Origin: Gemmatimonas phototrophica
GTDB lineage: Bacteria; Latescibacterota; UBA2968; UBA8231
Direction of reading: 5' to 3'
DNA length: 64,000 bases
Assembly: GCA_945861755.1 (NCBI GenBank)
Contig: CAMAVQ010000009.1
Span: 455 to 64,454, forward strand
Below, piece after piece: positions 1 to 9,940 of this stretch (its first letter is position 1; each line of letters starts with the position of its first letter). Below the pieces are notes generated by a model, which saw only the letters and a program-made list of their open reading frames with translations, did no database searches and had not been told where the DNA came from. The translations under genes and the position numbers were made by a program.

Positions 1-689
1 TCTTCCTCGACACGACCAGTCTGGCCCAGTCCCTGAGGCCGGCTCTGGCTGCCGCGCTGCAGGACCCGGCCAACGCGCTCCTGGCCCAGGCCCTGGGGGG
101 GCTGGATAACCAGGTGCTGGGCGGCAACGGCAATGGTTCACCGCTGGACGAACTGGCCACCCAGATCGTCAGTGGCGTGGCCCGCATTCCCTTCGGTACC
201 GTCTCCCCCGAGCAGGCCTATGATCCAAACGCCGTGCTGCTGACCTACCGCAATTACGGGGCGGTGACGGTCAATGGTCTGGATTTGAGCCTGGCTTATT
301 ATCTGGGCAGCCTGTGGAGCTTCACCGGCACCTATTCCTATGTGGATGAGAACCTCTTCGAGAACCTCGACAACATCGCCGACGTTACCCTCAACTCGCC
401 CAAGCAGAAGATCCGCTTGGGCGCCACCCGCGAACTGCCGCAGTGGCGTCTGCGGACGGCGGCCCAGCTGCGCTACAACGGTTCCTATCCGATGGCTTCG
501 GGCGTGTACGCGGGCAAGGTGAAGGCTTTCACCCTGCTGGATCTGAATCTGGCCTACAAGCTGCCGGTACACCGCGACCTGTCCCTGATTGTCAACGCCG
601 ACAACGTGCTGAACAAAAAGCACCGGGAATTTGTCGGGGCGCCGGAGATCGGGCGACTGGTCATGGCGCAATTGGGGGTGAGTTTCTGA
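1..689 (+). CDS. TonB-dependent receptor, C-terminal part (5'-partial, runs off window)
   Basis: Frame open from position 3; beta-barrel C-terminus 'FTLLDLNLAYKL...LIVNADNVLNKKHREFVGAPEIGRLVMAQLGVSF' with terminal Phe. Confidence 0.85.
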   Translation, partial: FLDTTSLAQSLRPALAAALQDPANALLAQALGGLDNQVLGGNGNGSPLDELATQIVSGVARIPFGTVSPEQAYDPNAVLLTYRNYGAVTVNGLDLSLAYYLGSLWSFTGTYSYVDENLFENLDNIADVTLNSPKQKIRLGATRELPQWRLRTAAQLRYNGSYPMASGVYAGKVKAFTLLDLNLAYKLPVHRDLSLIVNADNVLNKKHREFVGAPEIGRLVMAQLGVSF

Positions 690-742
690 GCAGCCCATTT
701 TAGCGCCGGTTCCCACCTGCCGCCGGCGGTCCAGTTTGCTTC

Positions 743-779
743 AGGCCCTGGTGAGCCGCCGCGCTCATCAGGGCCTTTT
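743..779 (+). terminator. Intrinsic terminator after TonB-dependent receptor gene
   Basis: AGGCCCTGGTGAGC-cgccgc-GCTCATCAGGGCCT followed by TTT. Confidence 0.65.
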
Positions 780-796
780 GCGGTACAAAAAATCAT

Positions 797-2808
797 TGAC
801 ACTGTTCCACCTCTTCGGCGACAGCATCGTCTGCCTGGATGCGCGCACCGGAAAACGGGTCTGGCATTTCCAACTCACCCACCACGGCCTGTGGGACTAC
901 GATCCGCCGGCCGCCCCGGTGCTGCTGGACCTCAAGGTGAAGGGCAAGCGCATCAAGGCCGTGGCCCAGGTGACCAAGGAGGGTTTCTGTTTTGTCTTCG
1001 ACCGAGTGAGCGGGAAACCGGTGTGGCCTATCGAGGAGCGGCCTGCGCCTCCCTCGCACACCGAGGGAGAAAGGGCTTCGCCCACCCAGCCCGTTCCCAC
1101 CCTGCCGGCCCCCTTCGAGCGCCAGTGCCTGAGCGAGGACGACCTCATCGAATTCACCCCCGAACTGCGGCAGCAGGCTATGGAGATCGCCAGTAAATTC
1201 GACTACGGGCCGCTCTACACCCCGGCCACGGAAAAGGGCGTCATCCTCCTGCCCGGCCTTTATGGCGGGGCCGACTGGGTGGGGGCCGTGGCCCATCCCG
1301 GCAAAGGGGTGCTCTATGTGCCCTCCCACACCTTGCCTTCAGTGGCCTGGTTGAGCCGCGCCGAACCCAATGCGTCCTCGGCCTATGTGGCCACCATCAA
1401 CAACCGGCTCTCCGGTCCCGAGGGGCTGCCGCTGACCAAGCCGCCCTATGGCCGGATCACCGCCATTGACCTCAACACCGGCGAACACCGCTGGGTGCGC
1501 CCGATGGGGCGCGGCCCTGTGGATCACCCGGCCTTGCGTTCGCTGCACCTGCCGCCTTTGGGCTGGGACAACCGCACCTTTGCCTTGGCCACCTCCACCC
1601 TGCTGCTGACCGCTTCCCAGGACCCGCGCGATTTGGGCAATGCCGGCGAGGGGTACTTTGTGGACCGGGAGGCATACCTACAGGCATTGGACCTGGATAC
1701 CGGCGAGCCGGTGGGGCAGGTGGCGTTGCCCGGCAATGCCTATGCCAGTCCCATCATCTACATGGCCGGCAAGCGGCAGTATATCGCAGTGTCGCTGGGC
1801 GATGGGTTCAGGCCTAGCGAATTGGTCGCCCTGGCCCTGCCGCGCAAAGGCGAAGCGCTGCCTCCCCAGGGGCTGGAGCGGGGCGACGCCGACCACCCCG
1901 CTTTTTACCAGGCCGTGGCGGCCTTGGACGCGGGAGATCTGGAGGGGCTGAAGGGATTGCTGCAGAAAAACCCCGGGCTGGCAAAGGCGCAGGGGTACCT
2001 CGACGAATACTACGAATACGCCAGCCTGCGCGGCGCCACGCTGCTGCATTTGACCGCTGGCAACCCCAATCGCGTTGCCCTGCCGCCCAACCCCCTTGCC
2101 CTTGCCGCCGCGCTGCTGGAAGCCGGCGCTGATGCCAACGCCGCCACCCTCGACACGGTCACGGCCCTGGGGCTGGTGATCGACAGCGCCCAATTGAAAT
2201 GGGCCCAGCGCCAGGGCGAGTTCATCGAACTCTTGCTCAAGGCCGGGGCTGACGCCAACGCGAACCAGGGAAAAATCCTCTGGATGGCCCTGACCGGCGA
2301 AGAACAGCAAGAGGCTGCCAAGGCCTTGGTGGCGGGTGGGGCGCGGGTGGATCTGCGTTTTGCCGCCGGGGTCAACCGCCTCGACCTGATGGCCGCCTTC
2401 TTTGGGCCAGATCACCACCTGACCCCGGAGGCCGGCAGTCTGTATCGGCCCGCTGCGGGCACTGATCCGCAGCACAGCGAGCAGGACATTCTCGACGAGG
2501 CCTTGGGCTACGCCAGTTACGGCGGGGCCGCAGAAGCCGTAATTTTTCTCCTGGAGCGGGGGGCGCATATCGATGCCCAGCCTCCGCACTTCTGGCCCGG
2601 AGACCGGGGGTGTACGGCGCTGCACAAGGCCGTGTCGGGCCGCCATGCCGAGATCCTGCGCCTGCTGCTGGAAAAAGGCGCTGATCCCCGCATCGAGGAC
2701 CAGCAGTACCACGCCACGCCGCGCCGCTGGGCCGAGTACTTCGGGCAGGGGGAACTGGCCCAGATCCTGCGCCAGGCAGAGGAAAAAAGGGCGGCATCAT
2801 CAAAATAA
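797..2808 (+). CDS. N-terminally truncated PQQ-dependent (glucose/quinate-type) dehydrogenase fragment fused to ankyrin repeats; possible pseudogene
   Basis: 'LFGDSIVCLDARTGKRVWHFQLTHHGLWDYDPPAAP', 'KPPYGRITAIDLNTG' and 'SPIIYMAGKRQYIAV' are C-terminal-half PQQ-GDH motifs. The C-terminus has ankyrin motifs (GATLLHL, GADANA, GCTALHKAV, LLEKGADP). No signal peptide; start uncertain (TTG 797, ORF track 736). Confidence 0.7.
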
Positions 2809-2822
2809 AAAAAGGGTTTCCC

Positions 2823-4913
2823 ATGAACTGCAGCGTCCATCTCCCCGCCCTGTTGGTCTGGCTGGCCCTCGCCCCAGGTGTCGATGGCGAGGAGGTCACT
2901 GGGGAGAAGGCTCCCGTGGTTATGGGCGAAGTGACGGTGAGCGCGGCGCGGACCTCGCAGGCCCTGGGGGAGCTGCCCGCCCAGACCACGGTGCTCGAAA
3001 GGGGGGGGATCAGGCAGGCGCCGGCCCTGTCTGCTGACGAACTGCTGCGGCAGGTCCCCGGCTTCAGCCTCTTCCGCCGCGCCAGCAGCGCGGTGGCGCA
3101 CCCCACCACCCAGGGGGTTTCGCTGCGCGGGCTGGGGGCCAGCGGTGCCAGCCGCGCCCTGGTCCTCTTGGACGGCATGCCTTTGAACGACCCCTTCGGC
3201 AGTTGGGTGGCGTGGAGCCGGGTGCGGCTGGCCAGCCTAGAACGGGTCGAGGTAGTGCGCGGCGGGGGCGCTCAGTTGTGGGGCAACTACACCTTGGGTG
3301 GGGTGATCAACCTGGTCACGGCCCAGCCTCAGGAGCGGGCGTTTGCTCTCTCTGGGGTGGCCGGCAATGGCCGGACCGGGTCTCTGGATTTTGCCGCTGG
3401 CGACCGCCTCGGCTCGACCAGTGTAGGGGTAGAGGGAGGGTACTCGACGACGCAGGGGTATCCCACGGTGCGGGCCAACCAGCGGGGCAGCATCGACCGG
3501 GAGGCCGGTTCCCAGAGTCAGAGCCTGCGGCTGAAGTTGTCTCGGCCCTTCTCGTCTGCGGGCCAACTCTACCTACACGCGGGTCTCTGGCGCGAGGAGC
3601 GCGACAACGGCACGCCCCTGGCGCATAACAGCACCCGCGCCGGGTTTGTGGGCGGCAGCGCAATCTTGAGGACCGCTGCGGGCGGCCGCTGGACCTTCTC
3701 CAGTTTTGTCCAGGCCCAAGGGTTTGACAGTTTCTTCTCTTCGGCAGCGGCGGACCGCAATGCAGAGGTCCCGGCCCTGGACCAGTACGATATGCCGGCC
3801 AAGGCCGCCGGGGCGAGTGTAGAGTGGTCCAGGCCGGTGGGGGCAACCCACCTGCTGGCCGCCGGGGTGGATGGCCGCTGGGTCAAGGGCGAGAGCGACG
3901 AGAATTTTCGCTATGTCGAGGGCCACTTCACCCGACAGCGCCAGGCCGGCGGTGCCCAGCAGGCCCTGGGGCTCTATGTCCAGGAGGTCTTCATTCCCCA
4001 TCCCCGCTGGCAATTCACCCTGGGTGGCCGCCTGGACTGGTGGCGCAATGCCTCCTCCTTCCGCCGGGAGCAGGACCTGGACAATGGGCAGTCCCTGCGC
4101 GACGACGGCTTTGTCGACCGCAGCCGCCAGGTCTTCGATCCCAAGGCCGGGCTGCGCTTCAAGGCCACGGACCGACTCTCCCTGCGCGGGGCGCTGTACC
4201 GGAGTTTCCGCACCCCCACCCTCAACGAACTCTTTCGCCCCTTTCGGGTGCGCAACGACATCACCGAGGCCAACGAAGGGCTAGAACCCGAGCGGCTCTT
4301 GGGCGCCGAGGTGGGGCTGGACTATCAGCGCTCCGCGCTGAGCGCTCACCTGACCGGGTACTGGAACGAGGTAGAGGACATGGTCTTCAACCTGACTCAG
4401 GGCAGGGGACCGGGCCAGGTGTCGCCCTGCGGTTTTGTGCCCGATGGCGGGCTCTGCCGGCAGCGGCAGAATTTGGAAAAGGTGCGGGTCCGGGGCGTGG
4501 AGGCAGAATTAAAAGGGCAGCGCGGGCCAGCCTGGACCTGGGCTGCGGGTTATTTGTTCACCCACAGCCGCATCGCCACCGCGCCGGGCGACCTGGAGGG
4601 CAAAGACCTGCCCCAGGTGCCGGCGCACCATCTGACCCTGCAGTTGAGTTATGCCCAGCCGGCGCGCGGGCGCTTCACGGTCCAGGGGCGCTATACCAGC
4701 GGTCAGTTCGAGGACGACCTCAACACGCTGGAGTTGGGAGGGTTTGGGGTGGTAGATCTCTTTGCCTCGCGGCCCATAACCAAGGGGATCGAGATCTTCT
4801 TTCAGGTGGAAAACCTCTTCGACCAGCCCTACGAGGTGGGGATTTCGGGAGATGGGGTGGTGAGCGTGGGGGCGCCGCGCTGGTTCCAGGGGGGATTCAG
4901 GATGGCGCTCTGA
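2823..4913 (+). CDS. TonB-dependent receptor
   Basis: Signal peptide; 'EVTVSAART' TonB-box-like segment; plug motifs 'SLRGLG...LVLLDGMP' and 'LERVEVVRGG...LWG...LGGVINLVT'; 'FRTPTLNELF'; 'VENLFD'. Confidence 0.92.
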   Translation: MNCSVHLPALLVWLALAPGVDGEEVTGEKAPVVMGEVTVSAARTSQALGELPAQTTVLERGGIRQAPALSADELLRQVPGFSLFRRASSAVAHPTTQGVSLRGLGASGASRALVLLDGMPLNDPFGSWVAWSRVRLASLERVEVVRGGGAQLWGNYTLGGVINLVTAQPQERAFALSGVAGNGRTGSLDFAAGDRLGSTSVGVEGGYSTTQGYPTVRANQRGSIDREAGSQSQSLRLKLSRPFSSAGQLYLHAGLWREERDNGTPLAHNSTRAGFVGGSAILRTAAGGRWTFSSFVQAQGFDSFFSSAAADRNAEVPALDQYDMPAKAAGASVEWSRPVGATHLLAAGVDGRWVKGESDENFRYVEGHFTRQRQAGGAQQALGLYVQEVFIPHPRWQFTLGGRLDWWRNASSFRREQDLDNGQSLRDDGFVDRSRQVFDPKAGLRFKATDRLSLRGALYRSFRTPTLNELFRPFRVRNDITEANEGLEPERLLGAEVGLDYQRSALSAHLTGYWNEVEDMVFNLTQGRGPGQVSPCGFVPDGGLCRQRQNLEKVRVRGVEAELKGQRGPAWTWAAGYLFTHSRIATAPGDLEGKDLPQVPAHHLTLQLSYAQPARGRFTVQGRYTSGQFEDDLNTLELGGFGVVDLFASRPITKGIEIFFQVENLFDQPYEVGISGDGVVSVGAPRWFQGGFRMAL

Positions 4914-4936
4914 AATCTCGGGGTCTCATTAAAATG

Positions 4937-4974
4937 AAAAGGGGCGGGGAAAACATCCCCCCGCCCCTTTTTTT
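4937..4974. terminator. Bidirectional intrinsic terminator between convergent TBDR and ilvN
   Basis: AAAAGGGGCGGGG...CCCCGCCCCTTTTTTT, with A-tract and T-tract on either side. Confidence 0.85.
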
Positions 4975-4991
4975 ATTGCCAGTGCGCTCGC

Positions 4992-5504
4992 TCAGGTGGA
5001 GTAGGCACCCCGGGCCATGACCACCTTGCCGGTGCGCACCATCTCGCGCAGGTCAAACTTGCCCAGCAGGGATTCGAGGGCATCCATCTTGTCGGAAGTG
5101 CCGGTGGCCTCGATGGTGATGGTCTCCTCGGAGATATCGACGGTTTTGCCGCGGAAGGCTTCGGCAACCTGCAAGATCTCGGTGCGTTCGGGCACCGAGC
5201 AGCCCACCTTGAAGAGGGCCAGCTCTCGGGTGACGGCCTGGTCGTCGGTGTGGTCCTTGGCGTGCATGACATCGACCAGCTTGTTGAGTTGGAGGATGAT
5301 CTGGTGTAACACGTCGTCCGGCCCGGTGCAGGTGATGGTCATGCGCGAGGTGCGCGGCAGGTGGGCCGGGGAAACCACCAGGGACTCGATGTTGTAGCCG
5401 CGGCGGGCAAAGACCTGACTGATGCGCATCAGCACCCCGGGCTGGTCGTTGACCAGCAGGCCGATGGTATTCTTCTCTGGTTTTTGAGCAGTGCCGTTTT
5501 CCAT
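4992..5504 (-). CDS. ilvN: Acetolactate synthase small (regulatory) subunit
   Basis: ACT domain 'LLVNDQPGVLMRISQVFARRGYNIESL', 'RELALFKV', 'EMVRTG'; directly downstream of ilvB. Confidence 0.95.
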   Translation of the reverse strand: MENGTAQKPEKNTIGLLVNDQPGVLMRISQVFARRGYNIESLVVSPAHLPRTSRMTITCTGPDDVLHQIILQLNKLVDVMHAKDHTDDQAVTRELALFKVGCSVPERTEILQVAEAFRGKTVDISEETITIEATGTSDKMDALESLLGKFDLREMVRTGKVVMARGAYST

Positions 5505-7210
5505 CAGGTGCTCCCGGTTGGCTTTTCTAGTTTGTACTTGGGCGGCTCGATGAGCATCTCACTGAGGGCCGCCCCGGCGGGAATCATCGGGAAGACGTTG
5601 TCTTCTTTTTCGCACTCGGCGTGGATCAGGCAGGGACCCTCGTGGTAGTCCAATGCCTGCTTGAGGACCTTGTCGATGTCGGCGGTGCGCCGCAGGTGGA
5701 AACCCTTGATGCCGTAGGCTTCGGCCAGCTTGACAAAGTCGGGGTTGCCTTCTAGGTCCACGCCAGAGAGCCGGTTGTCGAAGAAGAGGTTCTGCCACTG
5801 GCGCACCATGCCCAGGTAGCGGTTGTCCATCACCAGGATCTTGACCGGAAGTTTGTGCAGGGCAGCGGTGGCCAGTTCACACATGGTCATCTGGAAACCG
5901 CCGTCGCCGACGATAGTCGCCACCAATTCGCCGGGCCGGCCAAACTGGGCCCCCACTGCGGCCGGGAAGCCATAGCCCATGGTCCCTGCCCCGCCCGAGG
6001 AAAGCCACTGGCGGTGATAGCGGGTCTTGTAGAACTGAGCGGCCCACATCTGGTGCTGGCCCACGTCGGTGGAGACGATGGCCTTGCCCTCGGTCAGGTG
6101 GTAGAAGCGGTCGATGACCGCCTGCATCTTGAGACCGCCCTTGCGGCCGTAGTGCAGGGGATATTTGTGTTTCCACTCCTCGATCTGCGCCAGCCAGTCC
6201 TCCGAGTCCGTGGGCTCGACGTGGTTGATCAACTCCTCCAGCACCTGGCGGGCGTCCCCCTCGATGAACACGTCGGGCATCAGCACCTTGCCGTACTCGG
6301 CCGGGTCGATGTCGATATGGATCTTCTTGGCGTCGGCGCAGAAGGCCGAGAGTTTGCCGGTGATGCGGTCGTCCCAGCGTCCACCCACCGACATGATCAG
6401 GTCGCAGCCGGACACGGCCTTGTTGGCGTACGCGGTGCCGTGCATGCCCAGCATGCCCACCGAAAGCGGGTGCTGCTCGGGGAAGCTGCCCTTGCCCAGC
6501 AGGGTGTTGGTCACCGGCATACGGGTCTTTTCGGCAAAGGCCAGGGCCACCTCGTGGGCGCCGGCAGCGATGCAACCCCCGCCCAGGTAGAGCACCGGGC
6601 GTTTGCTCTGGCGCAGCAGGGCGGCCGCTTCCTTCAAACACTCGACGTCGGGCTTGGACTGCCAGTGGTAGCCGGGCAGGAAGACCTTCTCCGGGAAGCT
6701 GGCGTTGCACTCGGCCGAGGTGACGTCCTTGGGCAGGTCGACCAGCACCGGCCCGGTGCGCCCGGTGGTGGCGATGTGGAAGGCCTCGTTCATCACCCGG
6801 GGGATATCGTCGGCGTCCTTGACCAGATAGGAGTGTTTGACCACCGGCATGGAGACGCCGAAGACGTCGGCTTCCTGAAAGGCGTCTTTGCCCAGCATGG
6901 GGGTGATGGTCTGGCCGGTGAGCACCACCATCGGGACCGAATCCATCTGGGCGGTGAGCAGCCCGGTGATGGTGTTGGTGGCCCCAGGGCCAGAGGTGAC
7001 CAGCACTACGCCGGGTTTGCCGGTGGCCCGGGCGTAGCCGTCGGCCATGTGGGTGGCCCCCTGCTCGTGGCGGGTCAGGATGAATTTGAGCCCCTTGGAG
7101 TCCACCAGGGCGTCGAAGATGGGCATGGCTGCTCCACCTGGGTGCCCGAAGATGTACTCGACGCCGTGTCTTTCGAGGGCCTCGATGACTTTGTCAGCAC
7201 CTCTGGCCAT
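5504..7210 (-). CDS. ilvB: Acetolactate synthase large subunit, biosynthetic type
   Basis: '[15 protein letters not shown]', 'TSGPGATN', 'DVGQHQMW', TPP motif 'GDGGFQM...[11 protein letters not shown]'; GGAGG RBS. Confidence 0.96.
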   Translation of the reverse strand: MARGADKVIEALERHGVEYIFGHPGGAAMPIFDALVDSKGLKFILTRHEQGATHMADGYARATGKPGVVLVTSGPGATNTITGLLTAQMDSVPMVVLTGQTITPMLGKDAFQEADVFGVSMPVVKHSYLVKDADDIPRVMNEAFHIATTGRTGPVLVDLPKDVTSAECNASFPEKVFLPGYHWQSKPDVECLKEAAALLRQSKRPVLYLGGGCIAAGAHEVALAFAEKTRMPVTNTLLGKGSFPEQHPLSVGMLGMHGTAYANKAVSGCDLIMSVGGRWDDRITGKLSAFCADAKKIHIDIDPAEYGKVLMPDVFIEGDARQVLEELINHVEPTDSEDWLAQIEEWKHKYPLHYGRKGGLKMQAVIDRFYHLTEGKAIVSTDVGQHQMWAAQFYKTRYHRQWLSSGGAGTMGYGFPAAVGAQFGRPGELVATIVGDGGFQMTMCELATAALHKLPVKILVMDNRYLGMVRQWQNLFFDNRLSGVDLEGNPDFVKLAEAYGIKGFHLRRTADIDKVLKQALDYHEGPCLIHAECEKEDNVFPMIPAGAALSEMLIEPPKYKLEKPTGST

Positions 7211-7263
7211 AAATTACCTCCAAAATACAAGTTTAAAAATGATTATGTATACTAATATGAGAA

Positions 7264-7292
7264 AGTATACCTATTTTTATGCATGAACGCAA
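7264..7292 (-). promoter_or_regulatory. Sigma70-type promoter for ilvBN
   Basis: Minus strand TTGCGT-17 bp-TATACT in an AT-rich intergenic region. Confidence 0.55.
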
Positions 7293-7347
7293 GGATAAGT
7301 AAAAAATACATCAAATTTATCGGAAAAATTGTCATGAATCTGCAACG

Positions 7348-7392
7348 AAAAATAATAAGGGGTCACTTTTCAGGGGGAATAGCCCCTTATTA
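7348..7392 (-). terminator. Possible terminator of the dipeptidase operon
   Basis: Inverted repeat TAATAAGGGG/CCCCTTATTA (20-nt loop) followed on the minus strand by TTTTT. Confidence 0.4.
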
Positions 7393-7434
7393 ATGGAAAT
7401 AGCGATTGGGTGGCTTATAGTGGTGGAAGGCGTC

Positions 7435-7569
7435 GGGGAGCGACCCACTCCGGCTTTTCCCCAGGCGCGTCCTGCCCACTCGCTCGCTTCGCTCCGCTAC
7501 CCGGCCCCCCGCCACGCGGACTTCCCTTCCCAGCCACTCCCTGGGAAAAGCCTCCGGGGTTCGCTCCCC
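7435..7569 (+). repeat. ~135-bp palindromic intergenic element, copy 1 (REP/MITE-like)
   Basis: Ends GGGGAGCGACCC..GGCTTTTCCC / GGGAAAAGCC..GGGTTCGCTCCCC; closely matches reverse complement of 17721-17855 and 40450-40583. Confidence 0.9.
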
Positions 7570-7597
7570 ACCGCTATGGTTGCGCCACATTGATGGT

Positions 7598-7724
7598 GCG
7601 GCGGGAAGATGGCCCTGGAGGCCTTTACTGTGGGGAGGGGGTCGGGAAAGGGCCTGGGGGTAGTGCGGGGCGTCGGTGGCAGGCCCGGGCATCGGGAAAG
7701 GCCGGAAGGGCCACTTTCCGCCGC
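7598..7724 (-). repeat. Diverged inverted copy 2 of the ~135-bp element
   Basis: GCGGCGGGAAGATGGCCC..GGCCTTT / AAAGGCC..GGGCCACTTTCCGCCGC; aligns to copy 1 in opposite orientation with an internal deletion. Confidence 0.65.
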
Positions 7725-7734
7725 TCCCGCTAGC

Positions 7735-8802
7735 TCATCCCCACACCTCTTTGAGCAGGTTGATCCAGTTGCCGGCCAGGATGCCTTCGACATCGGCGGT
7801 GGAGTAGCCGCGCTGGCTGAGGATGGGGGCGAGGTTTTGCAGATCGGCGATGGTGTTCAGGTCGCGGGGGGATTGCTCCTGGCCGTAGCCCCCGTCCAGG
7901 TCGGTGCCGATGCCGCAGTGGCGGGCGGTGCCCATCAACTGGGCGGTGTGGTCGATGTGGTCGGCCACCGTCTCCAGGGTGGCGGCGGTGCGCTGCTGGT
8001 TGGCCGGGGTCTTGCGTTTCCAGCCCGGATCGAGCATCCAGGCGTCCAGGGCGGTGCCAATCACCCCACCGCGTTCGGCGATGGAGCGGATCATCTCGTT
8101 GCTGAGTTGGCGCTGGCCGGGGACCAGGGCGCGGCAGTTGTGGTGCGAGGCGCAGACCGGGCCGTCGTAGCACTCCAGAACCTCCCAGTGGGCCTGGTCG
8201 GTGAGGTGGGTCATATCGACGATGATACGCGCAGCGCGCAGGGCATCGAGCAGGGGTTTGGCGGTGGGCAGCAGGCCGCCTTCGGTGCCGGTGCCGTGGG
8301 AATAGGCGCTGACGCCGTAGTGGGAGATACTGACCACCCGCAGGCCTAAGTCGTACCACTCCTGCACGTTGTCCGGCCCCAGGATGGGATCGGCACTCTC
8401 CATGGCCAGCACCAGGCCAAAGGGGGTGTCGGCCTGGGGATGCTGCCAGGCGGCGGCCATCTGGTCCAGGTCGCGGCTGTTGCGGATGAAGCGCAGCAGG
8501 CCCTGCCGCTCCATCACCTGATAGTAGGCGGCGTGTCCTCGACCCACGGCGTAACACTGATCCTGGGTATACATGCCGGTGCGGGTCCAGCGGTCGTTGG
8601 GGTCCAGGCGCGACATGACGGTGCCGAAGACGATGCCGATTCCTCCCCGGCGCAGCTCGGGGAAGGTGGTAGTGCAGGCGCCGTACGCCTCGTGGTGGGC
8701 CACGGAGTCGTGGGTGCGCACGGTGGCGGCCGGCAGGGTGAGGTCGCGGTTGAGCTGCAGGGCGTTGAAGGCCAGGTCGAGATGGCTGTCGATGATCAAC
8801 AT
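7735..8802 (-). CDS. Membrane dipeptidase family (peptidase M19) amidohydrolase
   Basis: 'IIDSHLD', 'MESAD', 'VDMTH', 'ASHHNCRAL...RQLS', 'GIGTDLDGG'. Confidence 0.9.
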   Translation of the reverse strand: MLIIDSHLDLAFNALQLNRDLTLPAATVRTHDSVAHHEAYGACTTTFPELRRGGIGIVFGTVMSRLDPNDRWTRTGMYTQDQCYAVGRGHAAYYQVMERQGLLRFIRNSRDLDQMAAAWQHPQADTPFGLVLAMESADPILGPDNVQEWYDLGLRVVSISHYGVSAYSHGTGTEGGLLPTAKPLLDALRAARIIVDMTHLTDQAHWEVLECYDGPVCASHHNCRALVPGQRQLSNEMIRSIAERGGVIGTALDAWMLDPGWKRKTPANQQRTAATLETVADHIDHTAQLMGTARHCGIGTDLDGGYGQEQSPRDLNTIADLQNLAPILSQRGYSTADVEGILAGNWINLLKEVWG

Positions 8803-8806
8803 GGGT

Positions 8807-9931
8807 TCAGCTCCACACGCGGCGGAAGAAGTTCAACAAATTTCCGTGGGCGATCTTGGCGATCTGCTCCTGGGTGAAGCCGCGGCGCTCGAGCATGCCC
8901 AGGAACTTTTGCAGATCGGCGATGGTGTCGTAATCGATGGGTGAGGTCTCGCGGCCAAAACCGCCGTCCAGGTCGGAGCCGATGGCCACGTGGTCGCAGT
9001 TGCCGGTGAGTTGGCAGATGTGGTCGAGGTGCTCGATCACTGCCTTCATCGAGCGCTTGGCCGTGGGCGGCCAGGTCTCGGGGTGGTCGAAGTTCCAGGC
9101 CGGGTTGAGCATGGGCTCGGCGAAGACCATGCCGATCACCCCGCCCCGGTCGGTGAGGGCGCGGATCATCTCGTCGCTCAAGTGGCGCTGGCCGGGGGTG
9201 AGGGCGCGGCAGACGCAGTGGCTGGCGTGTACAGGGCCGTCCCAGTAGTCGAGGATCTGCCAGAAGCTCAGGTCGGCGGCGTGGGTCAGGTCGAGGACCA
9301 TGCCGGCAGCGCTCAGGGCGTCCATCAATGGATAGGCGCAGGGGAAGAGGCCGCCCTGGGTGCCGGTGCCATGGCCCCAGGTGTTGACCCCAAAGTGGGT
9401 GATGCCCACCGAGCGCAGGCCCCAGTCCCACCACTGGGCGACGTGGTCGGGGCCGAGGATGGGATCGGCGCTCTCCATGGAGAGGATGAGGCCCACCGGG
9501 GTCTGGGGCATGGGGTTTTCCCAGGCCTTGGCGCTGGCTTCGAGGTCGGCCAGGGTGCGGATGAAGCGCAGTTCGCCCAGGCGTTCGAGAGCCCTGTAGT
9601 AGAAGAGGTGCGATTGGCCGATGGCAGCGGCGCCGGCCTGGGTGCGCATGCCGTCGTTCATCTTGTTCGACGTGGTTAATTGCACCCGCGACATGATGGT
9701 GGAGAGCATGATGCCCACCTGGCCCTGGCGCATGGCCGGCAGGGTGACGGTGACGACGCCCTTGCCCATGGGTTCGAGGCCGCGGCGCTCGCGCAGGGAG
9801 TCGGGGTGGTCGGGGCCGCGCAGGGGTGTGGGGTCTTCGCGCTCGCGCAATTCCTGCACGGTGCGGGTCAGGTCGCGGCGGTGGTAGGTGGCGTTGTAGG
9901 CCATGTCGAGATGGCCGTCGATGATCAGCAT
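8807..9931 (-). CDS. Membrane dipeptidase family (peptidase M19) amidohydrolase, paralog
   Basis: 'IIDGHLD', 'MESADPILGP', 'LDLTH', 'ASHCVCRAL', 'AIGSDLDGGF'. Confidence 0.9.
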   Translation of the reverse strand: MLIIDGHLDMAYNATYHRRDLTRTVQELREREDPTPLRGPDHPDSLRERRGLEPMGKGVVTVTLPAMRQGQVGIMLSTIMSRVQLTTSNKMNDGMRTQAGAAAIGQSHLFYYRALERLGELRFIRTLADLEASAKAWENPMPQTPVGLILSMESADPILGPDHVAQWWDWGLRSVGITHFGVNTWGHGTGTQGGLFPCAYPLMDALSAAGMVLDLTHAADLSFWQILDYWDGPVHASHCVCRALTPGQRHLSDEMIRALTDRGGVIGMVFAEPMLNPAWNFDHPETWPPTAKRSMKAVIEHLDHICQLTGNCDHVAIGSDLDGGFGRETSPIDYDTIADLQKFLGMLERRGFTQEQIAKIAHGNLLNFFRRVWS

Positions 9932-9940
9932 GAGTACCTC

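Noticed and set aside
7211-7400. ilvB leader-peptide attenuator or horizontally acquired AT-rich island
   Set aside because: No Leu/Val/Ile-rich leader ORF or attenuator hairpins seen; the short AT-rich stretch is explained by promoter DNA
7435-7569. ~135-bp element as an integron attC site or tRNA
   Set aside because: No RYYYAAC/GTTRRRY ends, cassette organisation or integrase; no cloverleaf or T-loop motif
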